Origin: Candidatus Heimdallarchaeota archaeon | GTDB taxonomy: Archaea; Asgardarchaeota; Heimdallarchaeia; Heimdallarchaeales; Heimdallarchaeaceae | Reading direction: 5' to 3' | Length of the DNA stretch: 23,447 bases | Assembly (NCBI GenBank): GCA_019057375.1 | Contig: DXJF01000075.1 | Coordinates: 1-23,447 of the forward strand | Shown here: positions 15,241-23,447 of the stretch, in pieces | Layout of the letters: each line of letters starts with the position of its first letter | Position numbering within the stretch: position 1 is the first letter of the stretch | Program-made: the position numbers and the translations under genes | The notes under the pieces: generated by a model | Seen by the model: only the letters and a program-made list of their open reading frames with translations | What the model was told of the DNA's origin: nothing | Database searches by the model: none

Positions 15241-16196
15241 TCAAAATTTCCATTTAGATTATCCCAAAAATTTCCTATTTGTTCTATTTCTTGAAACCAA
15301 CTATTTTCCTCCCCATTATCCTCAGCTTGAGATTTTTCAGGATTAAAGTTTCCTTCGAAATAATTGTAGTAGATCTGATTACTATCACTATTATCATCCA
15401 AACTTAAACCATAATTTTCATTATTTTCAAAGAGATTAAACTTAAAGAAACAGTAGTCAGAACTTTGCAAAAACTCTCCTCTCTTCCCATTCTCACTGAT
15501 AGTATTATTCTTAAAAATAACACCATCACTCCCCTCAATAATCACTCCCTCTTCTCCATTTCTAGAGCAAGTATTGTTAAGCAGAACAGCAAACTCTATC
15601 CCTCCAATATACAGACCCTCACCACTATTTTCATAGCATTCGTTATCATAGATTCCTAGGTTAGTAACTAAAGCAATAGATATTCCAGTAGCTCCATTTC
15701 TAAAACAGTGATTTTGCCTGATCAATGCATTATGACAGAAGGTTACAACTATCCCAAAAGCTTCATTATCATAACAGAGATTATTTTGAATCGCTATACT
15801 ATAAGTAGTGAAAACAATTATTCCTTTGCCATTCTCCCGCTCACTATTAGCACAGATGTTGTTTTCAATCCTAATTTCACCTTCAAAGACGTTTTTCACA
15901 AAAATGCTATTGAAAGAAGCATCAATGAAACAATTGCGAATGAGAAGGTGTTTTGTGATATTAGTAACATAAATACCATAAGAATCAGAAGCAGAGATAT
16001 TGAAACCTTCGATAAAATAAGGATCCTCGTAAGTACCAGAACCTTCGAAAACTAGTAAATCGTTATCAGAAGTAATCTCTATAGGTGCATGGAGGGTGTA
16101 TTGTAACTCAGTAAAACCTACTGCAGAGTCTAAGTTACATGAAATTAGCGTCAACCCAAGTATAATTATCAAAATTCTTCTCCAGATAGGTACCAT
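15171..16196 (-). CDS. Secreted right-handed parallel beta-helix (NosD/CASH-like) protein, probably C-terminally truncated
   Basis: Signal peptide, H.PI.I..DND...G.G....PY.IEG, repeated NN.C..N...GI units, GNFW motif. The last 70 nt overlap the opposite-strand 103-aa ORF. Confidence 0.75.
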   Translation of the reverse strand: MVPIWRRILIIILGLTLISCNLDSAVGFTELQYTLHAPIEITSDNDLLVFEGSGTYEDPYFIEGFNISASDSYGIYVTNITKHLLIRNCFIDASFNSIFVKNVFEGEIRIENNICANSERENGKGIIVFTTYSIAIQNNLCYDNEAFGIVVTFCHNALIRQNHCFRNGATGISIALVTNLGIYDNECYENSGEGLYIGGIEFAVLLNNTCSRNGEEGVIIEGSDGVIFKNNTISENGKRGEFLQSSDYCFFKFNLFENNENYGLSLDDNSDSNQIYYNYFEGNFNPEKSQAEDNGEENSWFQEIEQIGNFWDNLNGNFDYSIVSLDSLTQSLLILFSIRNT

Positions 16197-16305
16197 TCCA
16201 ATTCTCTAGAAATACTAAATGGAAATATAAAAACTAAAAAGAAATATACTTTACTATTTTTTCTCTCGTTTATAAACGAATCTTCTGATAATATTATAGA
16301 AGAAA

Positions 16306-18141
16306 TTGAATATCAAAGGTTTGGGTTATTGTACTCTAGTGGTAATATGCCTAATTAGTGGTGGTTTTCTTTCCATAAACGCCGATTTTGCTTTTTACTC
16401 TGGAACCAATACCATACAAGCAACTTCTTCTCTTGATCAGAACCTTATCTTTATTTTTGATGAAACTTATCACGAAGAGACCTTTCATCTGACTGTAAAA
16501 TCTCTGGAACTAGGTGAATTCAACAGATTAACACTTTTCTTCATGGTTAATGATACCAGTACTCAGGAAGAACTGAATGCAGTCTTTACAATTGGTAATA
16601 CTTCAGTTGAATTTACCATTGAGAGAATTTTTCAAGATGGTTTATCCCACAATCTAACAGAGACCTTTCTTTTTCCTGTTCAGTTTTCCGGAGATTTGGA
16701 TATATCCATTCTTTGTGGAGGGCAATCTGATTCTAGTTCGGTTAGTTCTTTGACCATTTTCAATACTACAACAATTGAGAAGATAGAAGTTCCTACTTTG
16801 TTTAATACTCCAGGAGATCTTCCTGTTTTTCCAGATTGGTTAACTTTTCAAGGTAAACAAATGGGTGGGGAGAAAAGATCTACTTCTTCTGCCTTCTATT
16901 GTTCTGAAGAAAACACTAAAATCAATCTTACCCTTTCCTTTTTTGCAAATGAAATACGTGCTTTTGTGAAGGAAGTAGAACTCAGCATAAATGATGTATG
17001 GGTGGCAGCAGGATGTTTTCAAGCGAATTCTTGCAATGAGATGAATTTCATTTTTCAACCTGATGCTGGATTTAATCTTCTCTCTATTAATTTCTCTATC
17101 GAGTATTCTAGTGACCTAATTAAGATAACCAATATTTCTCTCTCTGGTTCTCTTCTGTATTTTGATATAGGTTCTGATGTCTTTGATTCTTTCCAATGGG
17201 GAGAAGGGAGTTTTATTCATTCTTTTGATTTATCTTCCTTACAACCTACCAATTATTACTCTGAGCAAGTGTTACATGTAACTGTTGATTACCAATGTCA
17301 AGGAGTGAAAGTTTCTACAGGGATTCAATATTCTCTAAAAGCAGGTTCAACTGTTCTTGAAGAAGGTACAATTAGTTACTTAGACCAAATGCATGAAACC
17401 AACAGTTTGGAAATTCGAACGTATACAACAGATTATCGTGAAAATCTTTATTTTGTCATTCGCGGTTCTACTCACGATGCAGGAATATTCCTCATTCTAA
17501 ATTCAAGTAAGATTGAGACGGCTCCTTTACCTGAAGTAACAGAAGAACCTTTGGATAGGTTGGTGGCATCAGATTATGATATAACTTCTCTTACTTTCTT
17601 CCAGACAGTTACTTTTTATGATGTTTTCCAAACAAAAGGTTCACCTCTGGTTAATTTCTTTCTTAGTTTCAATATTGATTCTGGCTATGAAGATCCATTT
17701 GATTCCATGATTGTAGAAGTTAAAAATGGAGGAGCAACAATCATTTCGAAGTTTATTCGTAGTGTTAGTTTTACTAATATTAGCGTTCAACTTCCTCTTC
17801 AAATTGGATACCATGAATTACGAATAAGTTTCCAGATTACAAGATTAAACACCCCCATACAGATCCAAGACCTTCGCTATCAGGTGGAAATCATTCCAGA
17901 ACCACCCACAATTTCCTTCCCTTTTGGTTCTCAAGCAGTTTATTGGTTATTAGGGATTTACGGTGCTTTTTTCTTTCTTTTCAATGATAAGAATGTTTTC
18001 AGAAAACATCTCAAGAGAAAAGCTCTCTCTCACAATCTTACAGAATCCTTGCCAGTTGATGAGAAGTCGAAGAAAAAGACGAGAGTACGTTTACTAGTGG
18101 CCCTTATCATTGCAGTAGCTGCATATCTTGTTTTCTCTTAG
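16306..18141 (+). CDS. Large secreted/membrane-anchored hypothetical protein (beta-rich ectodomain, C-terminal TM helices); possibly the 5' half of a frameshifted gene
   Basis: TTG start, N-terminal hydrophobic signal, Ser/Thr/Phe-rich beta-strand pattern, TM at AVYWLLGIYGAFFFLF. The ORF ends in the middle of a second hydrophobic helix. Confidence 0.65.
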   Translation: MNIKGLGYCTLVVICLISGGFLSINADFAFYSGTNTIQATSSLDQNLIFIFDETYHEETFHLTVKSLELGEFNRLTLFFMVNDTSTQEELNAVFTIGNTSVEFTIERIFQDGLSHNLTETFLFPVQFSGDLDISILCGGQSDSSSVSSLTIFNTTTIEKIEVPTLFNTPGDLPVFPDWLTFQGKQMGGEKRSTSSAFYCSEENTKINLTLSFFANEIRAFVKEVELSINDVWVAAGCFQANSCNEMNFIFQPDAGFNLLSINFSIEYSSDLIKITNISLSGSLLYFDIGSDVFDSFQWGEGSFIHSFDLSSLQPTNYYSEQVLHVTVDYQCQGVKVSTGIQYSLKAGSTVLEEGTISYLDQMHETNSLEIRTYTTDYRENLYFVIRGSTHDAGIFLILNSSKIETAPLPEVTEEPLDRLVASDYDITSLTFFQTVTFYDVFQTKGSPLVNFFLSFNIDSGYEDPFDSMIVEVKNGGATIISKFIRSVSFTNISVQLPLQIGYHELRISFQITRLNTPIQIQDLRYQVEIIPEPPTISFPFGSQAVYWLLGIYGAFFFLFNDKNVFRKHLKRKALSHNLTESLPVDEKSKKKTRVRLLVALIIAVAAYLVFS

Positions 18142-18152
18142 GTACTTCCCTC

Positions 18153-20687
18153 ATGTTTAATGTTCTTCATTGGGCTCTTAATGTTCTCTATGTGATCTGT
18201 GCCTATCATATAGGCTCTTGGGTGAACATGTTAGATCTCAATAAGAAACCAATCAGGAACACTTGGAAGAAAGTACAAGAGTTCTTCGCAGAAACCGATT
18301 CTTTTACTGATCTATTCAACAAGATTGTGGATTTCTTGACAAATCAGACCAAGAAATATGCCCTAAGATTCTTAATCTTAATTCTTACTCTTCTTACAGC
18401 AGCAGTACATGTTGGTATTCTCGTATTCTTCAACCAGAGACCAGTTCTTATGAACCTACAACAGGTCTCCAGAATATATTCTCTTCTCCTTGCTAGTTTT
18501 ATCATATCCTCTTCCTTCTTTTTCTATGCATTACATCTTACTAAGAAGTTCTCTTTTCTGGAGGATAACATCAGAAGAGTAAGGTTACTTGGGGGGCTTT
18601 CGTTTATCTTAGTTACAGGTTCATTACTTGTTTTGAATGTCCTTGCTTTTAGCAAGACCTTCGATTTCGCTATCCTTTGGACCTTCCTTTCTCCTTTGAT
18701 GATTGTAGCGTTAATTAAATCATCTAACAAACTAGGGAAAATCATCGCAGACGAGGAGAATCTGACTTATTCAAAGTTTCTGAAGAATGGTAAGGTGTGG
18801 ACAAAGAAGAAAGAGGTTAAGCAAGCAACGGAACAAGGGATACTTCTAAGAAAAGACTGGAGAAAGGAAGAAAAAATACTCAATAAGAACAGACTCAGGG
18901 GAATAATCATCTGGGATATTAAACCAGAAATTCCTGTATCTCTAACTCGTTTAGCGGAGTTGATGAAACTTTCGACCAAAAAAACAGAAAGATTACTAGA
19001 TGCTATCCTCAATGAAATACCTAATCTAGGAGAGTATCATAGAGAAGAACAGGTGTTTATTAGAAAACTTCCTGATAATACTAGTGGTACAGAAAAGATG
19101 GATGTAGATGAAGTGGTAAGGGTTCCAGAAATAGAAGGAGCTAAGAAAGTTCTCGAATGGGAAGGAAGAATAGTAAAGGGGGGTGGTCGTGGAGCAGGAT
19201 ATTTAACCCTCCCTATAGACTTAAGAGATTCTGTAGAGCCGGGGTGCTTCTATGACCTAAGCTTAATTGATTCCAATCTAGAAACTCATGTTTTAACAGC
19301 CAAATTATCGGCAACAAAAAAGGGGTGGGGGTTCTACATACCTCAAGCTCTTTGTATAGAACATTCTTTGATAGGGGAAACAGTTACTTGTTACATCTAT
19401 CAGATGGATCATTTTCCAGTAAAACTTTCAGCAGACAAGATTGTACGGTTACCAAATTCGATTGTAGAAGAGTATGAAATAGAAGAAAATGATTTGTTTG
19501 AAGTAGAAGTGATTACAAAATCAGGAATATTTGGGGAAGTAGTTCTAATAACTAAAATTGACCGCTCAAATAGATCAGATAATGATGAATATAGACTTAC
19601 TCTGAGGTTAAGTGATGCCCCACGCTCTACAGACGCAAGAATTAAACTACTAAAAAGAGTGGAAAAACTATCTTCAAATATAGAAGAGGAAGAAAATTAT
19701 GAGAATTTCTATCTACCAACGTTGTTTCCAGATGGGATAATGGGAAGGTTACATGAGAATGAAATGATAATCTTTCTGGGAAACCATGTACCAACCTTTG
19801 CTCCAATTAGGATTAATTTGTTAGAATTTATCCATTACTTTGGGTGCTATTATGCGGATGGAACAAGGAAGGGATGGGCATGGAGGATAAATGCATCAAC
19901 ACCAGAACAAGCTGTATATTACATCGATATCTACGACAAACTAGTTATTGGAAATAAATTAGTGTTTGAATTAACATACAGTAAGAAACCATCTGATAAG
20001 AGAACAAAAGAACAATTAAAGATGGATCTTGTAAAGTATTGGAAAGAAAAAGCTGATGTAGAGATAGAGGAGAAGAGAATAAAACTTCGAGAAACAAAAC
20101 ATGATAATGTTCTAAAATGGAATAAGTGTGGATCATTAGGGATCAGGGATAATAGAAATTTAGTTATGGAGATACATCTAAGAGTGATGAAAGCAATAAT
20201 TGAATATCTGAATGATTGTAATAATGAAAAAAACTTGTGGGACTTCTTATTTGGAATATTAGAAGGAGATGGAAGTGTAAGTGGGGGAAAAAATAGAATC
20301 GGTATTGGATTTGCTTTTCACAATGATGATAAAGTTATTCGTGAGCTACTTGATAGATTGAAACTAAAGTATTCTTTTGACTCATCTAGAGTTAAAAGGG
20401 AAGAAGGATTTGGGGTTTACGCTTCAATTTGGTTATTTGAGATTCTTATCAATTTAAAGATACTTTCAGAAAATCTATTCAAGTATTATCCAAAAAGAAG
20501 GATTTTATTCATAGAAAGACTTCTGAAACAGAAGACTGTCAAATTAATCCTTGAGAATAAAAAACCTGGATTGTTTTTATCATTAAGAGATGATGAAGAA
20601 GTTGACTTTGAAGAACTAAAATCGATTCTGAAAAATCTTTGTAAAGAGTTAGAAAAACAGCTTCAAACACAAAAAGCGAATGTGTGA
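18153..20687 (+). CDS. Chimeric protein: multi-TM domain + wHTH (PCI-like) + AbrB/MazE-like repeats + two-motif LAGLIDADG endonuclease domain
   Basis: TM helices in aa 1-190; VSLTRLAELMKLS...E..L..I wHTH at aa ~245-305; AbrB-like units (GYLTLPIDLRDSVEPG, GFYIPQALC, IVRLPNSIVEEYEIEENDLFEVEV) at aa ~336-500; LAGLIDADG motifs YFGCYYADG (aa ~562-570) and FLFGILEGDG (aa 698-707). Confidence 0.6.
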   Translation: MFNVLHWALNVLYVICAYHIGSWVNMLDLNKKPIRNTWKKVQEFFAETDSFTDLFNKIVDFLTNQTKKYALRFLILILTLLTAAVHVGILVFFNQRPVLMNLQQVSRIYSLLLASFIISSSFFFYALHLTKKFSFLEDNIRRVRLLGGLSFILVTGSLLVLNVLAFSKTFDFAILWTFLSPLMIVALIKSSNKLGKIIADEENLTYSKFLKNGKVWTKKKEVKQATEQGILLRKDWRKEEKILNKNRLRGIIIWDIKPEIPVSLTRLAELMKLSTKKTERLLDAILNEIPNLGEYHREEQVFIRKLPDNTSGTEKMDVDEVVRVPEIEGAKKVLEWEGRIVKGGGRGAGYLTLPIDLRDSVEPGCFYDLSLIDSNLETHVLTAKLSATKKGWGFYIPQALCIEHSLIGETVTCYIYQMDHFPVKLSADKIVRLPNSIVEEYEIEENDLFEVEVITKSGIFGEVVLITKIDRSNRSDNDEYRLTLRLSDAPRSTDARIKLLKRVEKLSSNIEEEENYENFYLPTLFPDGIMGRLHENEMIIFLGNHVPTFAPIRINLLEFIHYFGCYYADGTRKGWAWRINASTPEQAVYYIDIYDKLVIGNKLVFELTYSKKPSDKRTKEQLKMDLVKYWKEKADVEIEEKRIKLRETKHDNVLKWNKCGSLGIRDNRNLVMEIHLRVMKAIIEYLNDCNNEKNLWDFLFGILEGDGSVSGGKNRIGIGFAFHNDDKVIRELLDRLKLKYSFDSSRVKREEGFGVYASIWLFEILINLKILSENLFKYYPKRRILFIERLLKQKTVKLILENKKPGLFLSLRDDEEVDFEELKSILKNLCKELEKQLQTQKANV

Positions 20688-20689
20688 AT

Positions 20690-22516
20690 TTAAAGCACAG
20701 TGACCGATTTACTCAAGTTTTTTGGAGTATCAACAGAACATCCTTTTCTCACAGCTGTATAGTACGCTAGATGTTGCAGCGGAATCACGTATGGTATTGT
20801 CGATAACATTTCTGAATATCCTTTAGGTATTTCTAATTTCCATTTTGCCAAGTCTTCCATATCCCTATCTCCCTCTTCCATAACTAGTATAGCTGCCGCC
20901 CCTCTTGCTTTCATTTCCATAATGCTGCCGATCATTCTTTTGTTTGTTTGATCCTTTGGTGTTACGAAAACTACAGGATAATCTTCTTCCACTAGAGCTA
21001 TTGGTCCATGTTTTGATTCTCCTGCAGGATATGATTCACTGTGAATATAGGCAATCTCCTTCATCTTTAGTGCTCCTTCATTTGCTGTTTGTAGATTTAA
21101 ACCTCTGCCTAAATAGAAACTACTGTTCTTCTTAGCAAACCATGAAGCGATATGGTTAGCTCTTGCTTCATTTCTAACAATAGTTTGTTTAACAACAGTA
21201 GGTATTTCTTGGAACAGCTTTCGAGCTGCGCTATATTCGGAATTATCAAGTTCTCCTGAGAGTTTCCCAAGTTCTAAACCTATATCCCACATTGCAATAG
21301 TTTGAGCTGTGTAAGTTTTTGTTGCCGCAACACCTATCTCTGGTCCTGCATACAAATATAATACTTCTTCAGAATGGCGAGTAATTGTACTTCCTATAAC
21401 ATTAACTGCTGAAAGAATTTTAGCTCCCTGTTCTTTCGCACCTTTGATTGCCATAATTGTATCCATTGTCTCTCCGCTTTGGCTTACTGGTAAGATGATT
21501 GTGTTTTCATCAACTAGACTAGTAATCGTTTCGTATTCTGAAGCAACAATTGAGCTACAAGGTTTTTTTGCATACTTTCTAATCAAATTCTCTCCAGTTA
21601 AAGTAGAATAATGTGCAGTTCCAGCTGCTAAAAGAAAGATTTTTTCCGCATTATAGATTTTTTCCGCTATCCTAGTTAACGAGGGTTGTTTTATTCTAAT
21701 ATAGTCTGCAAGAGAATTTGGTTGTTCGTGTATTTCCTTTAACATAAAATGTGGGAAACCTGCTTTTTGTGCCATTTCTGGTTTCCAAGAGACTATGTGT
21801 GGCTTTCTCTGTATTTTCTCCATTGTGTTAAAGTCAATGATTTCATATCCTTCTGAAGATAATGTGACGAATTCATTATCATGTAAAAGAACAACTTTTC
21901 GAGTTTTATCTAGAAATGCAGGAATATCTGATGCACAAAACATTCTATTTGAATTAATTCCTATAACCAACGGACTGTCTCGTTTTGCACAAAAGATTTT
22001 GTCAGGTTCTAGGCTTGACACAACACATATTGCAAATGTACCTTCAAGCCTTCTGACAACTTGAATTATGGCTTCTTTCAATGAAATATCTTCTTTTTTC
22101 ACCAGTTGTTCTATCATATGTGGGATTATTTCTGTGTCTGTTTCTGATTGAAATGAGTGTCCTTGATTCAATAATTCCTCTTTTAATACTTGAAAATTTT
22201 CTATAATTCCGTTATGGATTACAGATATTTCTCCACCGCAATCAATGTGTGGATGCGCATTTTCTTTAGTTGGAGGACCATGAGTTGCCCAGCGTGTATG
22301 GCCTATAGCAATTTTTCCCTTTATCTTATTAATGTCAATTCTTTCTGTTACTTCAGATATCTTTCCCTGATCTTTGGTAATCAAAACCTTATTATCAAAA
22401 ATAGATGCGATTCCAACACTATCGTATCCTCTGTATTCCAGTTTGGTTAAAGATTCAATTATGCTCTTCCCTATCTTTGTTTCTTGCTGTTGAACAATCC
22501 CGACAATCCCACACAT
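20690..22516 (-). CDS. glmS: Glutamine--fructose-6-phosphate transaminase (isomerizing)
   Basis: N-terminal MCGIVG (catalytic Cys; ATG 22516), LEYRGYDS.G, GHTRWATHG, HNGIIEN, ETDTE, SQSGET.DT, VAATKTY, EGALKMKEI, KHGPIAL, C-terminal P.NL.KSVTV. Confidence 0.98.
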   Translation of the reverse strand: MCGIVGIVQQQETKIGKSIIESLTKLEYRGYDSVGIASIFDNKVLITKDQGKISEVTERIDINKIKGKIAIGHTRWATHGPPTKENAHPHIDCGGEISVIHNGIIENFQVLKEELLNQGHSFQSETDTEIIPHMIEQLVKKEDISLKEAIIQVVRRLEGTFAICVVSSLEPDKIFCAKRDSPLVIGINSNRMFCASDIPAFLDKTRKVVLLHDNEFVTLSSEGYEIIDFNTMEKIQRKPHIVSWKPEMAQKAGFPHFMLKEIHEQPNSLADYIRIKQPSLTRIAEKIYNAEKIFLLAAGTAHYSTLTGENLIRKYAKKPCSSIVASEYETITSLVDENTIILPVSQSGETMDTIMAIKGAKEQGAKILSAVNVIGSTITRHSEEVLYLYAGPEIGVAATKTYTAQTIAMWDIGLELGKLSGELDNSEYSAARKLFQEIPTVVKQTIVRNEARANHIASWFAKKNSSFYLGRGLNLQTANEGALKMKEIAYIHSESYPAGESKHGPIALVEEDYPVVFVTPKDQTNKRMIGSIMEMKARGAAAILVMEEGDRDMEDLAKWKLEIPKGYSEMLSTIPYVIPLQHLAYYTAVRKGCSVDTPKNLSKSVTVL

Positions 22517-22623
22517 AAGCAACACTTTAAGTATTTCACTGCTTTTTACTCTAAATAAGTAAAAATGATTTTCCTTATTAAAACTTTCTATTGGATAACA
22601 TGTAGAAAGGAGCTTGAAGCGAG

Positions 22624-23447
22624 TTATTTTAATTCCTTTTCGATTGTTTCTTGAAGATTAATCTTCTTCCTTAACACTTCCTTTAGCTTATCAATACTTG
22701 GAGTAATTGATGGATCAACCTCATAAAGTACTGCAAGGTATATGCTTGTTATATCAATCAAATAGGTTAAACTAATCTGTTTAGTCAGTTTAGATTCTCC
22801 TTTTGGATATAATTCTAGAACCTTTTCTGTTTTTTGTTCAATTATTTTCTTTAATTGTTCCATCCTAACTTTAATGGGGTTTGGTTCCTTTTTATCTCTG
22901 ATTAAGATTACCGCCACATTGTTTAACACAATATTGGGATTATCCCAAGCAACGATACCATTATGATTCTGTTCTGGAACCTCTTCACTAATTGCCATTA
23001 TTTTGCTATTTTCGTTTAGTTCTGATTTAGCTCTGTAGGATACAGGAGAATAGATAGTATGCCCCACAAATAGGGGTAGTTTATTGTATAATCCATAAGC
23101 AATCTTCTTTGCGAAATTTCTTTCTGTCTTTTTTTCAGGAGAATATTCTAAGGATAACTCTGCTAATATTTTCTCTGTTTCCTCAAAATCATTGCTCATG
23201 TCTTCGATAAGTTTGAATTTTTCTAATATTGTTAATAGAGAAGTGTAGATTAAGGGCAAACTTGTTCTAGGGGGTATTCCTTCTCGTATTTTTATGTGAG
23301 GTACACTACTCTTCTTAGAAAGTTTTTCCAAAAGCCCCCCCGAAGAGATTGTTATAATCATAGTTCCTTTAGTAAGCGCGTCTTTGAAACAAGAGAGAGT
23401 TTCTTCAGTGTTTCCTGAATAACTAACACAAATAATCAGGGTAGAAC
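22624..23447 (-). CDS. Bifunctional phosphoglucose/phosphomannose isomerase (PGI/PMI, SIS family), 5'-truncated by the window edge
   Basis: Frame is open to the window end: STLIICVSYSGNTEETLSCF..ITISSGG, PPRTSLP, R.K.ELNENSK, PE.NHN.I, S.YLA...VDP..I..LK. Confidence 0.88.
   Translation of the reverse strand, partial: STLIICVSYSGNTEETLSCFKDALTKGTMIITISSGGLLEKLSKKSSVPHIKIREGIPPRTSLPLIYTSLLTILEKFKLIEDMSNDFEETEKILAELSLEYSPEKKTERNFAKKIAYGLYNKLPLFVGHTIYSPVSYRAKSELNENSKIMAISEEVPEQNHNGIVAWDNPNIVLNNVAVILIRDKKEPNPIKVRMEQLKKIIEQKTEKVLELYPKGESKLTKQISLTYLIDITSIYLAVLYEVDPSITPSIDKLKEVLRKKINLQETIEKELK

Noticed and set aside
10769-15244. TTGATTATTC at 10769-10778 and its reverse complement at 15235-15244 as terminal inverted repeats of the Ago module
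   Set aside because: Only 10 bp of AT-rich sequence, with no clean extension and no transposase; compatible with chance.
10700-16305. CRISPR array or cas genes near the Csa3-like regulator
   Set aside because: No regularly spaced direct repeats in any intergenic region and no cas gene motifs.
19098-20687. Intein or intron-encoded origin of the LAGLIDADG domain
   Set aside because: No N-terminal Cys/Ser splice block or C-terminal His-Asn, no interrupted host protein on both sides, and no rRNA/tRNA intron context.
20600-20760. Tn7-like insertion at the glmS 3' end (attTn7)
   Set aside because: No tnsA/B/C/D or tniQ-like gene, no Tn7 end repeats and no target-site duplication are visible in the window.
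2720-22450. Short antisense or overlapping ORFs in the track (for example 2720-2929, 3080-3334, 4942-5130, 5214-5465, 5645-5902, 6053-6286, 6812-7039, 10059-10283, 10485-10772, 11821-12045, 13511-13720, 15465-15659, 15708-16055, 16840-17058, 18524-18745, 18767-19012, 19945-20136, 20944-21135, 21795-22064, 22190-22450)
   Set aside because: They lie wholly or largely opposite well-supported genes, show no recognisable motifs, and are best explained as shadow ORFs.

Overview
AT-rich archaeal genomic DNA, probably from an Asgard (Heimdallarchaeia-like) organism. That assignment is inferred from the archaeal gene content (FAU-1, UPF0147, archaeal GlmU-like protein, PGI/PMI, GGAGG/GGTGA ribosome-binding sites) and the secreted beta-helix and large membrane proteins. 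The flanks are housekeeping. On the left are tRNA-Ser(CGA), fau-1, DUF2797, a small CxxC wHTH-like protein, a cysteine desulfurase, an NDP-sugar epimerase, UPF0147 and a GlmU-like gene. On the right are glmS and pgi/pmi. Between the GlmU-like gene and glmS lies a ~13.8 kb accessory block. Its centre is a candidate defence module: a three-gene minus-strand operon (YdjM-family membrane hydrolase, 765-aa long prokaryotic Argonaute with an atypical D-E-D-Q tetrad, stand-alone HNH nuclease). It is transcribed divergently from a Csa3-like CARF-wHTH regulator and a 103-aa unknown protein, and a 29-bp palindrome sits in the shared promoter region. The block also holds an FtsX/LolD-type ABC pair bracketed by unannotated 5' stubs of its own paralogs, an apparently truncated beta-helix gene, and a possibly frameshift-split membrane protein fused to AbrB-like repeats and a two-motif LAGLIDADG domain. 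The epimerase appears to start at a non-canonical ATT codon. All family calls come from motif recognition by eye; no database searches were run.
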